This document shows positions 29,521 through 37,769 of a DNA stretch of 64,000 bases, in pieces. Source of the DNA: Deferribacteres bacterium (GTDB lineage Bacteria; Zhuqueibacterota; Zhuqueibacteria; Zhuqueibacterales; Geothermadaptataceae); assembly GCA_020633675.1 (NCBI GenBank), contig JACKDE010000003.1:580542-644541 (forward strand), given 5' to 3'. A model generated the notes under the pieces. It saw only the letters and a list, made by a program, of their open reading frames with translations. It was not told the DNA's origin and searched no databases. A program made the position numbers and the translations under genes. How positions within the stretch are numbered: position 1 is the stretch's first letter; each line of letters starts with the position of its first letter.

Positions 29521-29708
29521 GGATTTTGGACAGGATGCAGTTCAATTCCCCCAAAGAAGAGCGAACAAAATCTCGCCCATTCAAGATACCCAAGGCAAAT
29601 CTTTTGAAGTCTACAACTTAAAATTTATCGAAAAACAGATCGGTGTCATTCCCAACCTTTCGGTTGTACTCGGGATAAATGCCGCAAAAAATCTCATTTT
29701 TGGATGGG

Positions 29709-29746
29709 ATTCAGAGATTCATCGTCATTTCGTTCATCAGAATGAC
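29709..29746 (-). repeat. Copy of the short dispersed GTCATTCTG...GAATCT repeat
   Basis: The reverse complement, gtcattctgatgaacgaaatgacgatgaatctctgaat, matches 34946-34983 at about 30 of 38 positions. It is intergenic. Confidence 0.6.
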
Positions 29747-29884
29747 ACGCCCGATGATGTTTTTTCGACAGTCTCTAAAGAATCTGGACTATACGATAGC
29801 CCAACCTGAGTTCAAAAGTCGGATATCGGGCGAAATAGATTTCACTCTGAATGGCAAAATCAGGCTCAGCTGAACGACATGTTG

Positions 29885-31162
29885 TTAAAGCAGGAACTCT
29901 CCTGCATCCAGAATCAGTGGCAATAGCGTTCCGTGCAGGAGCAATAGGAGCGACTTTGAATTCGATTTTGCCTTGTCGACAACATCAAGGGCCTTTTTCA
30001 TCGATGCGTAAAACCAGGGTGTAATATAGGTTTTATTCACAACATCCTTTACGGCCAATGCTTTTACAACGAATTCGCTCTTTTTGACAATCGGATTCCG
30101 CAGCCATTTGTGCTTGTGCAGTCGCCGCAGCCATTTTGTGGTCAGCCAGGAAACATAGTAAAACTGCACCAGCGGCGGCCATTCTTCGGTGCCGAAATAG
30201 CCTTTGACAAAACTGTTTTGCAAAAATGTATCTAATTCAGAATGTTTAAAGGGCGTTGCGCCGAAGTAAATCAATTTGATTTCAGCCAGCATCCGGCCAA
30301 CTTCTTCATAGTCGATACCGACAACCATATTGCCGAAGTCGATCGGCATGACGACTTTTCGCCTGACAAAAATATGGCACGGTTTGAGGTCGCCGTGCAG
30401 ATAGGTTTGCGTCATCGGTTTGCCATCCAGTGATCGGCTAATTGAAAAGATCTGCTTCTTGAAAGCCTGCAAAGATTTTGGCAGAACACCTGACTTTTCC
30501 AGGCCATCGAATTTGGCTTGTAAGTCCGCTTCAATCGCTTTTGCTTCGAAATAGGTTTTGGTGCCATCTGCAAGACCGGCGTGAAAGGCGGCGAGCCATT
30601 TTCCAGCGCGCTCAAAGTGCCTTCCCAGTCTTTCTTTGCGAACCTCGAAATTGAGGTATCGATGCTTGGCTGTATAAATGCGCCTCCCCAAATCCTTGCC
30701 TTCGGCCTTTTCGATCACCAGGCAAAGCAATTCCGGCATAAAATCGCAAGGTTTGATAATCCGAAATCCATCGCTATCGTCCTTAAAACGATCATACACT
30801 TTTTTATGCATTTCGAATTCATACTGGCATTTATAAATATGCTCATCGTTGTTCGCATCGCGTTTTGGCTTTGGGCGATAGGCTTTGGCAATAAGGCTCT
30901 TCTCGGTAATGCCATGCTCGTTGTTGATTGCCAGATCAAAAAGGACGGTGTAAAGCTTTCTGCGGGGCGGCTCGGTAAGAACGACTTGCAACTTCTGCGT
31001 TGCAGCCAATTCGGGATAGTATTCGGAAACGTGATTCTGTATGTGCTCAAGAATTTGCGGCTGAGCAACGCTTAGCCAATCTTCATAACCGAGATGTTGA
31101 AGGGAACCGTTTTCTTTCATCTGTTCCTCCAGACTTAGAAGTTGCATAATGATCGATAGCAC
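29885..31162 (-). CDS. Eukaryotic-like kinase-fold protein (APH/Kdo-WaaP-like phosphotransferase)
   Basis: Kinase motifs in order: IAKAY (VAIK-like Lys), YEFEMHKKVY (alpha-C Glu), catalytic loop YLHGDLKPCHIF, then PIDFG (DFG). It is the last gene of the glycan locus. Confidence 0.6.
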   Translation of the reverse strand: MLSIIMQLLSLEEQMKENGSLQHLGYEDWLSVAQPQILEHIQNHVSEYYPELAATQKLQVVLTEPPRRKLYTVLFDLAINNEHGITEKSLIAKAYRPKPKRDANNDEHIYKCQYEFEMHKKVYDRFKDDSDGFRIIKPCDFMPELLCLVIEKAEGKDLGRRIYTAKHRYLNFEVRKERLGRHFERAGKWLAAFHAGLADGTKTYFEAKAIEADLQAKFDGLEKSGVLPKSLQAFKKQIFSISRSLDGKPMTQTYLHGDLKPCHIFVRRKVVMPIDFGNMVVGIDYEEVGRMLAEIKLIYFGATPFKHSELDTFLQNSFVKGYFGTEEWPPLVQFYYVSWLTTKWLRRLHKHKWLRNPIVKKSEFVVKALAVKDVVNKTYITPWFYASMKKALDVVDKAKSNSKSLLLLLHGTLLPLILDAGEFLL

Positions 31163-31461
31163 TATGGCAAAGGATGACCTGAATGATAATCTGTGGCTGA
31201 GTGTGATCGTTTTAGATTGAAGATAGCCCGATAGCGTTTATTAGAATATATAATCGCTAAACGAAGGTAAATATACCAACATAGCGTCACATTGCGTAAG
31301 TTCCACCTGGCCAGCATGGCAACAGAAAAGCACGTATTTTGCTGCCAGCTCTCTCAAGCAAGAACACACGAATCAATCCGTCTTCGCGGTCGATGTCGAG
31401 CCAAATCTTGCACTGTTTCTATTGTCTGCATCGCCCACTACCGGTGTGGCTTTATCATCGC

Positions 31462-33864
31462 CTATTGTACCACTTCGATACTGTAGCTTGCATTGCGGCC
31501 AGGCGTATCGGTGAAGGCGATGGTCCCATTCGCACCGGTTGAGCCCTTCGCGATGACCATTCCAGCTTTCTTGACCATAAACGGCTTGTCTGTTACAACT
31601 TCCGTGATCAGATGCTGAACGGTTTTATTACCCGCAATTTGGTAGATCAGTTCTTTCAATGGCGTCTCGCTTTTGCTAAACACCACGACCCGCTCACTAC
31701 CCATGTAGGCGCCTATCCAGTCATTGCCGGAAAGCGCTTGCACATCTGCTCGCGCACCGATGGAATTGGCATCGCCGATTTGCATGACGGAGAGGAACTG
31801 GTTCTCGCGTGAACGAATTTGCAGCGTGTATGCGCTCAGCAAGTAAGCTGCTTTTTCCGAAAATCGAGATGGATCGTAATCCAACCGCGTGCCATCGGCC
31901 CACACCCACTCATGTCCAGGACCACCAAACTTGTGCATCTCGCTATTTTGAGGAAAAACCGAAGTCAGGTACATCTGCCCGTGCGCATCGTCCATGCGAT
32001 TGACGACCGAGACAGCTTGCTTTCTGGACGACCAATGGCCATCGGATTCGTTTTGCCATTGCTGCTCCAGCGGCATCAGATCGGTTGGCGTGTGCAGCAC
32101 GAAATACTTTTCGTGCGGGGATTCCACCCGGTCCATCACTACGACATATTCGCTGTTCACCGGCCCGCGCAAATAGACCAGCGCCCTTCGCGCCAGGCTG
32201 GCGCGGGAGCCACCGGCATAGCTTTCAGAGTAGTTATAGTTGATATAGTCATACGTGTCATTTTTGTACTCGAGGGCTTCGACCGTTCCGATATGTTCAG
32301 GAGCACCGATGTAAAAATGCTCCGGCTTATCACCCTTGCCACGGTCGCCGTCATCTTTCAGATCAGGCTCCATCTCATTGTTGCCGCCAGCGATGCCCAA
32401 CACATTATTCTGCACAAAGCCTTTGCCGTTTTTATCGACTTTCGGAAATCGCTTGCCGGCATTCTTTGAGTTTGCGGCACTGATCGCCAGTGTGCCGAAT
32501 CGATGAATATTAAAAGCGCCCTGCTCCTGCTCATTGTGTCCGTTGTCGTACCAATAGGTGGGAACAAAAAATTGCACCAGCGTCGCGTCGCCGACCTCAT
32601 GGCTGGAACGGGCGGCATACATTTGCCCGAGAAGGGTACCCAGTGGAATTTTGGCAACATCCGGTGGCGTCGGCCGCACCTGCTGATACCCCATCAAAAA
32701 TTTGTAGAAAACATCGAACAGATGCGGATCATTGTATCCAAAATTTTCAATTTTTACACCGTAGGGGCTTTGCTGAATGAACCAGGAAGCAAAACCGGAC
32801 ATCTGTGGATCAGAATTGGCGAGCTGACTTGCTGCCATGCTCATGATGGCAGAGGTATATTGTTGTCGTGCTTCAATAACCGAGCTGGTATTTTGCTGGG
32901 TGAAATAAAATTCGTTTTGATATGGTTTCGGCATGATATTGTAATAGAAAAACAGCGGCGCATACCGCAACCAACTGTTGGAGGCAAAATAGTTTTCGCC
33001 CATGGCACTGCCAGAAGCCGCAGCCATCATCATCAGGCCGGTAAAGGCATCCAGGCTGTAGGAATCGCCTTCAATCCAGCCACTGCTGCCGCTAAAAATT
33101 TTCTCAGCAACACCGAGTTGGCGCTGCAGAAACATATCATCAAAGGAAAGCATCATTTCGTTGGCTTTGCTGGCGTACGTGCTCCCCAAATCGCTGTCAC
33201 CGTAAAAGCAGAGCGCGCCGGCATAAACATGCACATTGGCTCCATAATGGTTTTCCAGCTTCACTTTGCGGGAATCGTAGCGATTATTCCACATGCTCAT
33301 CAGTCGGTCGGCAATGCGTCGACGTTCTTCGAGACTGGATAAATCATGTGTCCAATCGTAGACCACCTGCAGGGCCAGGCTGGCAAGTCCGCCCTTGTCT
33401 GTCGTTAAATTTTGAGCGCCGTGGTGGGCCTCCTTCCAATTCGACGGCAAATTCGACGCGAGATAAAGCGCGATATCGAGAGCGCGTTTGCCATATTTTT
33501 TGTGATTATTGACAGCCCGCACTCCGGAAATCGAAGCTGGATCGATTAAGTAGAGAAATGCAAAAGAGCGCGCCGCGCCAATCATCTCATTCCACTCATC
33601 CAGTTCGTCTGCCCCTGGCTGAATGCTGTACATGTCGTCCATGTGGCTAACAAAGCGTTGAAAGTCAGATCGGTAATAGCTGTTTATTTTCTGAATCAAA
33701 GCGGGCAAATCTTTGCGGGTCACAAAAATTCGAGGGTGTTCATTTCGTGCGAGTGGCGAGCCTGGTGGTGGTGTGTATTCTGCTGCTGCAGGTAATTCTT
33801 CATTGCACGCGTTGAAAGACATCGCAGCGAGCAAAGCAAGAATAATGATTCGCTTTTTTTTCAT
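31462..33864 (-). CDS. Lipoprotein, polysaccharide-lyase-like (heparinase II/III or alginate-lyase-type alpha/alpha toroid plus beta-sandwich). Tentative.
   Basis: The lipobox is LLAAMSFNAC. The 800-aa architecture and composition resemble remembered PL15/PL17/heparinase-II-like proteins. Its start overlaps the stop of the upstream glycosyltransferase (ATGA). No catalytic motif was verified. Confidence 0.4.
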   Translation of the reverse strand: MKKKRIIILALLAAMSFNACNEELPAAAEYTPPPGSPLARNEHPRIFVTRKDLPALIQKINSYYRSDFQRFVSHMDDMYSIQPGADELDEWNEMIGAARSFAFLYLIDPASISGVRAVNNHKKYGKRALDIALYLASNLPSNWKEAHHGAQNLTTDKGGLASLALQVVYDWTHDLSSLEERRRIADRLMSMWNNRYDSRKVKLENHYGANVHVYAGALCFYGDSDLGSTYASKANEMMLSFDDMFLQRQLGVAEKIFSGSSGWIEGDSYSLDAFTGLMMMAAASGSAMGENYFASNSWLRYAPLFFYYNIMPKPYQNEFYFTQQNTSSVIEARQQYTSAIMSMAASQLANSDPQMSGFASWFIQQSPYGVKIENFGYNDPHLFDVFYKFLMGYQQVRPTPPDVAKIPLGTLLGQMYAARSSHEVGDATLVQFFVPTYWYDNGHNEQEQGAFNIHRFGTLAISAANSKNAGKRFPKVDKNGKGFVQNNVLGIAGGNNEMEPDLKDDGDRGKGDKPEHFYIGAPEHIGTVEALEYKNDTYDYINYNYSESYAGGSRASLARRALVYLRGPVNSEYVVVMDRVESPHEKYFVLHTPTDLMPLEQQWQNESDGHWSSRKQAVSVVNRMDDAHGQMYLTSVFPQNSEMHKFGGPGHEWVWADGTRLDYDPSRFSEKAAYLLSAYTLQIRSRENQFLSVMQIGDANSIGARADVQALSGNDWIGAYMGSERVVVFSKSETPLKELIYQIAGNKTVQHLITEVVTDKPFMVKKAGMVIAKGSTGANGTIAFTDTPGRNASYSIEVVQ

Positions 33865-34877
33865 TTTCTATCGATACGCTCCAAAATTGATAATTTGGTC
33901 TGTTGCCATTGTTCGTATTTTCGTGCGCGCAACTCTTCTGCTTCAGCTTTGAACTTTTGCTTGTTGCTCTGAATGTTCCGGATCGCTTCAGCAATGGAGT
34001 TCGCAGAATTGTCGACATGTGCGGCACCGATTGGAAAGGCATTGCGCAGCAACTGCCAGTTGGAAATCAGCACCGGTGTGCCCTGATAGATACCTTCGTA
34101 GGCAGCGCGTAACATGGTGTGATCGCGAATTGTGAGCGACATCACCACATCGGCATCCTGTATCAAGCTGCCGTACGCAGCATCGGAAATAAAGCCGGTC
34201 AGCTTGACATTTTCGGGCAGGTTGTTTTTCAGCTCTGGTGCCAGATGCTTTGCGTTGCCGGTCATATAAAACTGAACATCCGGCACTTGCCGCGCGGCAT
34301 CCATAATCGCTTCAATCGGTTCATCATAATTGAAGGAGCACACGGCAGCCACCGAAAAGCCGTCTTTCATCGGATAGCGCTCACCGATATTGTACTCAAT
34401 GGGCATATCGCGGACAATCGTAGTGTGCCCTCCCCCTTTGCGCACAATTTCCGCGAGATGTTCATTGTGAACGATCGTGGTGGCAGCACGCCGCTCGAGC
34501 CAGCGTTGCAAGCCCTGAAAGCGCTTCCAGCGGGGCATCAGAAAAGCCGCCGTGTGCGAATCGATCACATAAGGTATGCGCTTCAGCAACGCATACAGAT
34601 AGACCGGCAGCACTGCGATGACCGGTGGCGACATGACGAACACCACTCCGGGCTTTTCGCGAAACAGCAGCTTGAGGGTCATAAAAAACTGACCGAAGTA
34701 CTTTAAAATGATGGTCGCGGGATGGCTGCCAAGCTGCGGAATATAAATCATGTGGGAGGCACCACCCAGCTCCCGCGCTGTATGGTCGCTCCGGCTGCAG
34801 TTTTCAGCCCAGGAGACGTAAAGCACTTTCGGTTTTTTATTGTACTCCGTCGCCACGTTGCTCGATGTGAAAAACAT
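33861..34877 (-). CDS. Glycosyltransferase (GT-B fold, GT4-like)
   Basis: 338 aa with a Rossmann-like N-half. The C-half has the MTGN.....L......NV.L.GF......Y..L...ADVV pattern of GT-B enzymes. Confidence 0.6.
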   Translation of the reverse strand: MFFTSSNVATEYNKKPKVLYVSWAENCSRSDHTARELGGASHMIYIPQLGSHPATIILKYFGQFFMTLKLLFREKPGVVFVMSPPVIAVLPVYLYALLKRIPYVIDSHTAAFLMPRWKRFQGLQRWLERRAATTIVHNEHLAEIVRKGGGHTTIVRDMPIEYNIGERYPMKDGFSVAAVCSFNYDEPIEAIMDAARQVPDVQFYMTGNAKHLAPELKNNLPENVKLTGFISDAAYGSLIQDADVVMSLTIRDHTMLRAAYEGIYQGTPVLISNWQLLRNAFPIGAAHVDNSANSIAEAIRNIQSNKQKFKAEAEELRARKYEQWQQTKLSILERIDRK

Positions 34878-34945
34878 GTCATCCTCTCAGGTGTTTCGGT
34901 TGATGGCTAAAAGGCTATTGAGACTGTCGAAAATCCATCAAGCAT

Positions 34946-34983
34946 GTCATTCTGAGGAGTGAAGCGACGAAGAATCTCAGATT
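34946..34983 (+). repeat. Copy of the short dispersed GTCATTCTG...AGAATCT repeat
   Basis: The sequence is gtcattctgaggagtgaagcgacgaagaatctcagatt. Related copies lie at 29709-29746 (minus) and 57630-57652 (minus, short loop). Confidence 0.6.
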
Positions 34984-35169
34984 ATACGCTCAAAATTAGA
35001 TTATTCGCGCCGTTTATCCTGAGTACAATTGAGTGCTCAGAGTAACAAAACCATTTTTTCGACAATCTCACAGGGGATTGAATTGATGGGGTGCCAGGAA
35101 TGGTTTTGATGTTTTGTCAAAAGCCCAAACCTGAATCCCATCAATCCAAAACCCGATAGCCTTAACCGA

Positions 35170-36474
35170 TCAAACAATACTGGCAGATTGTGCCGGCGAC
35201 CAGTCCCGCGAGCCCAGCAGATCCAGGACAACCTGATCTTCGCGCAACGCGCTGCGGACTTTCTCCATGTCGGAGAGCTCTTTGGCGACGATCACCACTT
35301 CAGCTTCTTCGATACAAGCGCTCAAGTCTGTGCGCAGTACTTCGTGAATGTGCGGCAGCACTTTTTCGATATAGTCGCGGTTTCTGCCAAACAGATTCGA
35401 CAACGACACTTCTTCATCGAAAATTCTAAGCGAGTAGCCTTTGCCGATCAGCGTTTCCGCGAACCGCACCATCGGGCTTTCGCGCAAATCATCCGTACCC
35501 GGCTTGAAACTCAGGCCAAGCAGTGCTACCTTGCGCTTGCCGTGTGCAAAAATGGTTTCGACCGCGCGCTGAATATGGGAATCATTGCTTGGAATCAAAG
35601 AAGACAGCAGTGGTACCTGAATATCGCGGTGTTTTGCCGTGTATTGAATCGCGCGCACATCTTTTGGCAGGCAAGAGCCGCCGAATGCAAAACCAGGGCG
35701 CAAATAGGCTTTCGAAATGTTCAGCTGTTTGTCTTTGCAAAACACTTCCATCACACGCTGGCCGTCGATACCGAGTGATTTGCAAATGCTGCCGATTTCA
35801 TTGCCAAAAACCACTTTTACAGCATGATAAGCATTGCTGGCATACTTCACCATGGCAGCCGCTTCCGGTTCAACGCGATAGACTTCCGCCGGCAAGTCTT
35901 CGTAGACTTTTTGCAGAATATCGCCGCTCTCTTTGTTGAACTCACCGATCACAGTAAACGGCGGTGTCTGAAAATCGGAGATGGCTGTGCTTTCGCGCAA
36001 AAATTCAGGATTAACGCAGAATCCGAAATCCTGACCGGCTTTTTTGCCGCTGGCTGATTCCAAAAATGGAATAACACGCGTGTTGACAATTCCCGGCAAC
36101 AGCGTGCTGCGGATGGTCACGACGTGGTAGTGGTTGATGTCTTTGATGACGGCACCGATTTGCTCGATCACGCGGTCAATATAGCTGGTATCGAGGTCGC
36201 CGTTCAGCTTGCTCGGCGTGCCCACACAAATCATTGAAATGTCTGTTTCTCGGATGGCTTCAGCAGGATCAGAAGTGACAGTAAACTGTTCTTTTTTCAC
36301 CATCTCAGCAAGCAAGTCGTCCAAGCCCGGCTCGATGATTGGAGATTCACCGCGGCGAATCATATCCAGTTTGCCCGGACTTACATCAACACCAATTACC
36401 GAGTGCCCCATTTTAGCAAGGCATGCGCCGGATACGCAACCGACGTACCCCAGCCCAAAAATCGCTATTCTCAT
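35170..36474 (-). CDS. Nucleotide-sugar 6-dehydrogenase (UDP-glucose/GDP-mannose dehydrogenase family)
   Basis: MRIAIFGLGYVGCVSGACLA..GH.V.GVD is the NAD Rossmann motif, followed by the catalytic GFAFGGSCLPKD. The ATG at 36474 has better SD spacing than the start of the longest ORF (36543). Confidence 0.9.
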   Translation of the reverse strand: MRIAIFGLGYVGCVSGACLAKMGHSVIGVDVSPGKLDMIRRGESPIIEPGLDDLLAEMVKKEQFTVTSDPAEAIRETDISMICVGTPSKLNGDLDTSYIDRVIEQIGAVIKDINHYHVVTIRSTLLPGIVNTRVIPFLESASGKKAGQDFGFCVNPEFLRESTAISDFQTPPFTVIGEFNKESGDILQKVYEDLPAEVYRVEPEAAAMVKYASNAYHAVKVVFGNEIGSICKSLGIDGQRVMEVFCKDKQLNISKAYLRPGFAFGGSCLPKDVRAIQYTAKHRDIQVPLLSSLIPSNDSHIQRAVETIFAHGKRKVALLGLSFKPGTDDLRESPMVRFAETLIGKGYSLRIFDEEVSLSNLFGRNRDYIEKVLPHIHEVLRTDLSACIEEAEVVIVAKELSDMEKVRSALREDQVVLDLLGSRDWSPAQSASIV

Positions 36475-36699
36475 AGTCATATTCCCTATGTTGCAGATCA
36501 CAGTTGTATTGATTGTATGCCGACTTTGCAAAATCTCTATCACAGATCCTCACACATGCATATTTCTATACTGCCGTGAGGATGACAGGGCTTTTCCAAA
36601 GCCAGCTTGCTATTTTCTGAGCAGCGTTTCTAAATTTCAAGACCGGAAAATGCTGGACCGCATAGCAAACAAAACGTCTTGAAATCGATTCCGGTCGGG

Positions 36700-37767
36700 C
36701 TATGCGGTTAGCACCGCCATTTCATCCACAATCGTGTCCGGGATTTCGGGTTTGCTGATGGACTTCACAGCCTGCTCGTGGTTGTCCAAAACATACAGCA
36801 CCTTTTCAACCATATCCTGAACATTTTGATTTTCAAAGGTGACTGTGCTTTCAGGACGCCGGCCATTTTCGCAAGCCACAACCGGGATTCCCATCGCAAG
36901 CGATTCAAGCACCGAAGAAGACACACCATCCTTCCAGTGGGTCCGCAGATAGAGTTTAGATTTAGCCATCACTGTCAGAAAAGCGTCGTGCGGCTGATTG
37001 CCAATAATCAGCACCCGATCTTCGATGCCATTCTTGCGCATCAGCTCAATTATCGCTTCCTGATCCCGGTCCGGGCCCATCATCACCATCGCAGCATTGG
37101 GGCGTTGTTTAAAGACAATTCCGAGGCCTTCCATCATCTCTTCCAAAAAGTATTGCGGGCGATAAAAGATGTATGTACAGAAAGCCTGGTCGAATTTTTT
37201 GTAAAACGCTTCAATTTCCTCCGCCAGGGCAATGCGGTCGAATTCCAGATACTGCCTGGTGAAAGCCTGAATCGGCACGATCTTCTTTTCCGCAACGCCG
37301 TAGCCGGCAATCGCTTTCTTTTCAGCGTTACTGTTGCAAATGATATTTTTCGCAACGCCAAAAATATACTTAAACATGAGCGTCAGTTGCGGCGCTTCGG
37401 ATTGCGGAAAGTACTTTTGCACCGGCCCGGCATGAAAAGTGATAACCGGGCGCCGAAAGGTTAGAATACTAATGGTCAGTGCAAGGCACGTCAGCACAAA
37501 TCCTTTCGGAGAATCGCCATTCAAATGCATGTGTACAAGAAAGCCTTTCAGCCGGAATCGAAGAACTTTCTTTACATAATCCAGTCCACCCAGCACCGGC
37601 ACGAAATCCCTGCCCTTAATGAATCTGCCCTTGCCAACATTCAGCACTGTGCAGGTATGGCCTTGTTTTTCCATTTCGCGTTTTAGCACATAAACGCGCA
37701 TTCCCCAGCCGGAAAGCGGTGGCGGATAGGATGAGATTTGCAGAACTTTAATCGCTTTTCCATTCAT
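36700..37767 (-). CDS. Glycosyltransferase family 4 (GT-B)
   Basis: 355 aa. The N-terminal motif is PPLSGWG, and the C-terminal motif is the E(X7)E-like S.LESLAMGIPVVA. Confidence 0.75.
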   Translation of the reverse strand: MNGKAIKVLQISSYPPPLSGWGMRVYVLKREMEKQGHTCTVLNVGKGRFIKGRDFVPVLGGLDYVKKVLRFRLKGFLVHMHLNGDSPKGFVLTCLALTISILTFRRPVITFHAGPVQKYFPQSEAPQLTLMFKYIFGVAKNIICNSNAEKKAIAGYGVAEKKIVPIQAFTRQYLEFDRIALAEEIEAFYKKFDQAFCTYIFYRPQYFLEEMMEGLGIVFKQRPNAAMVMMGPDRDQEAIIELMRKNGIEDRVLIIGNQPHDAFLTVMAKSKLYLRTHWKDGVSSSVLESLAMGIPVVACENGRRPESTVTFENQNVQDMVEKVLYVLDNHEQAVKSISKPEIPDTIVDEMAVLTA

Positions 37768-37769
37768 TA

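Noticed and set aside
36635-36696. Interleaved complementary segments between a GT4 gene and the dehydrogenase gene. tttcaagac pairs with gtcttgaaa, and gaccggaa pairs with ttccggtc. They could be alternative structures or a pseudoknot.
   Set aside because: The stems are short (8-9 bp) and AT-rich, and there is no U-tract or other context. I cannot tell this apart from a weak inter-cistronic hairpin without folding or conservation data.
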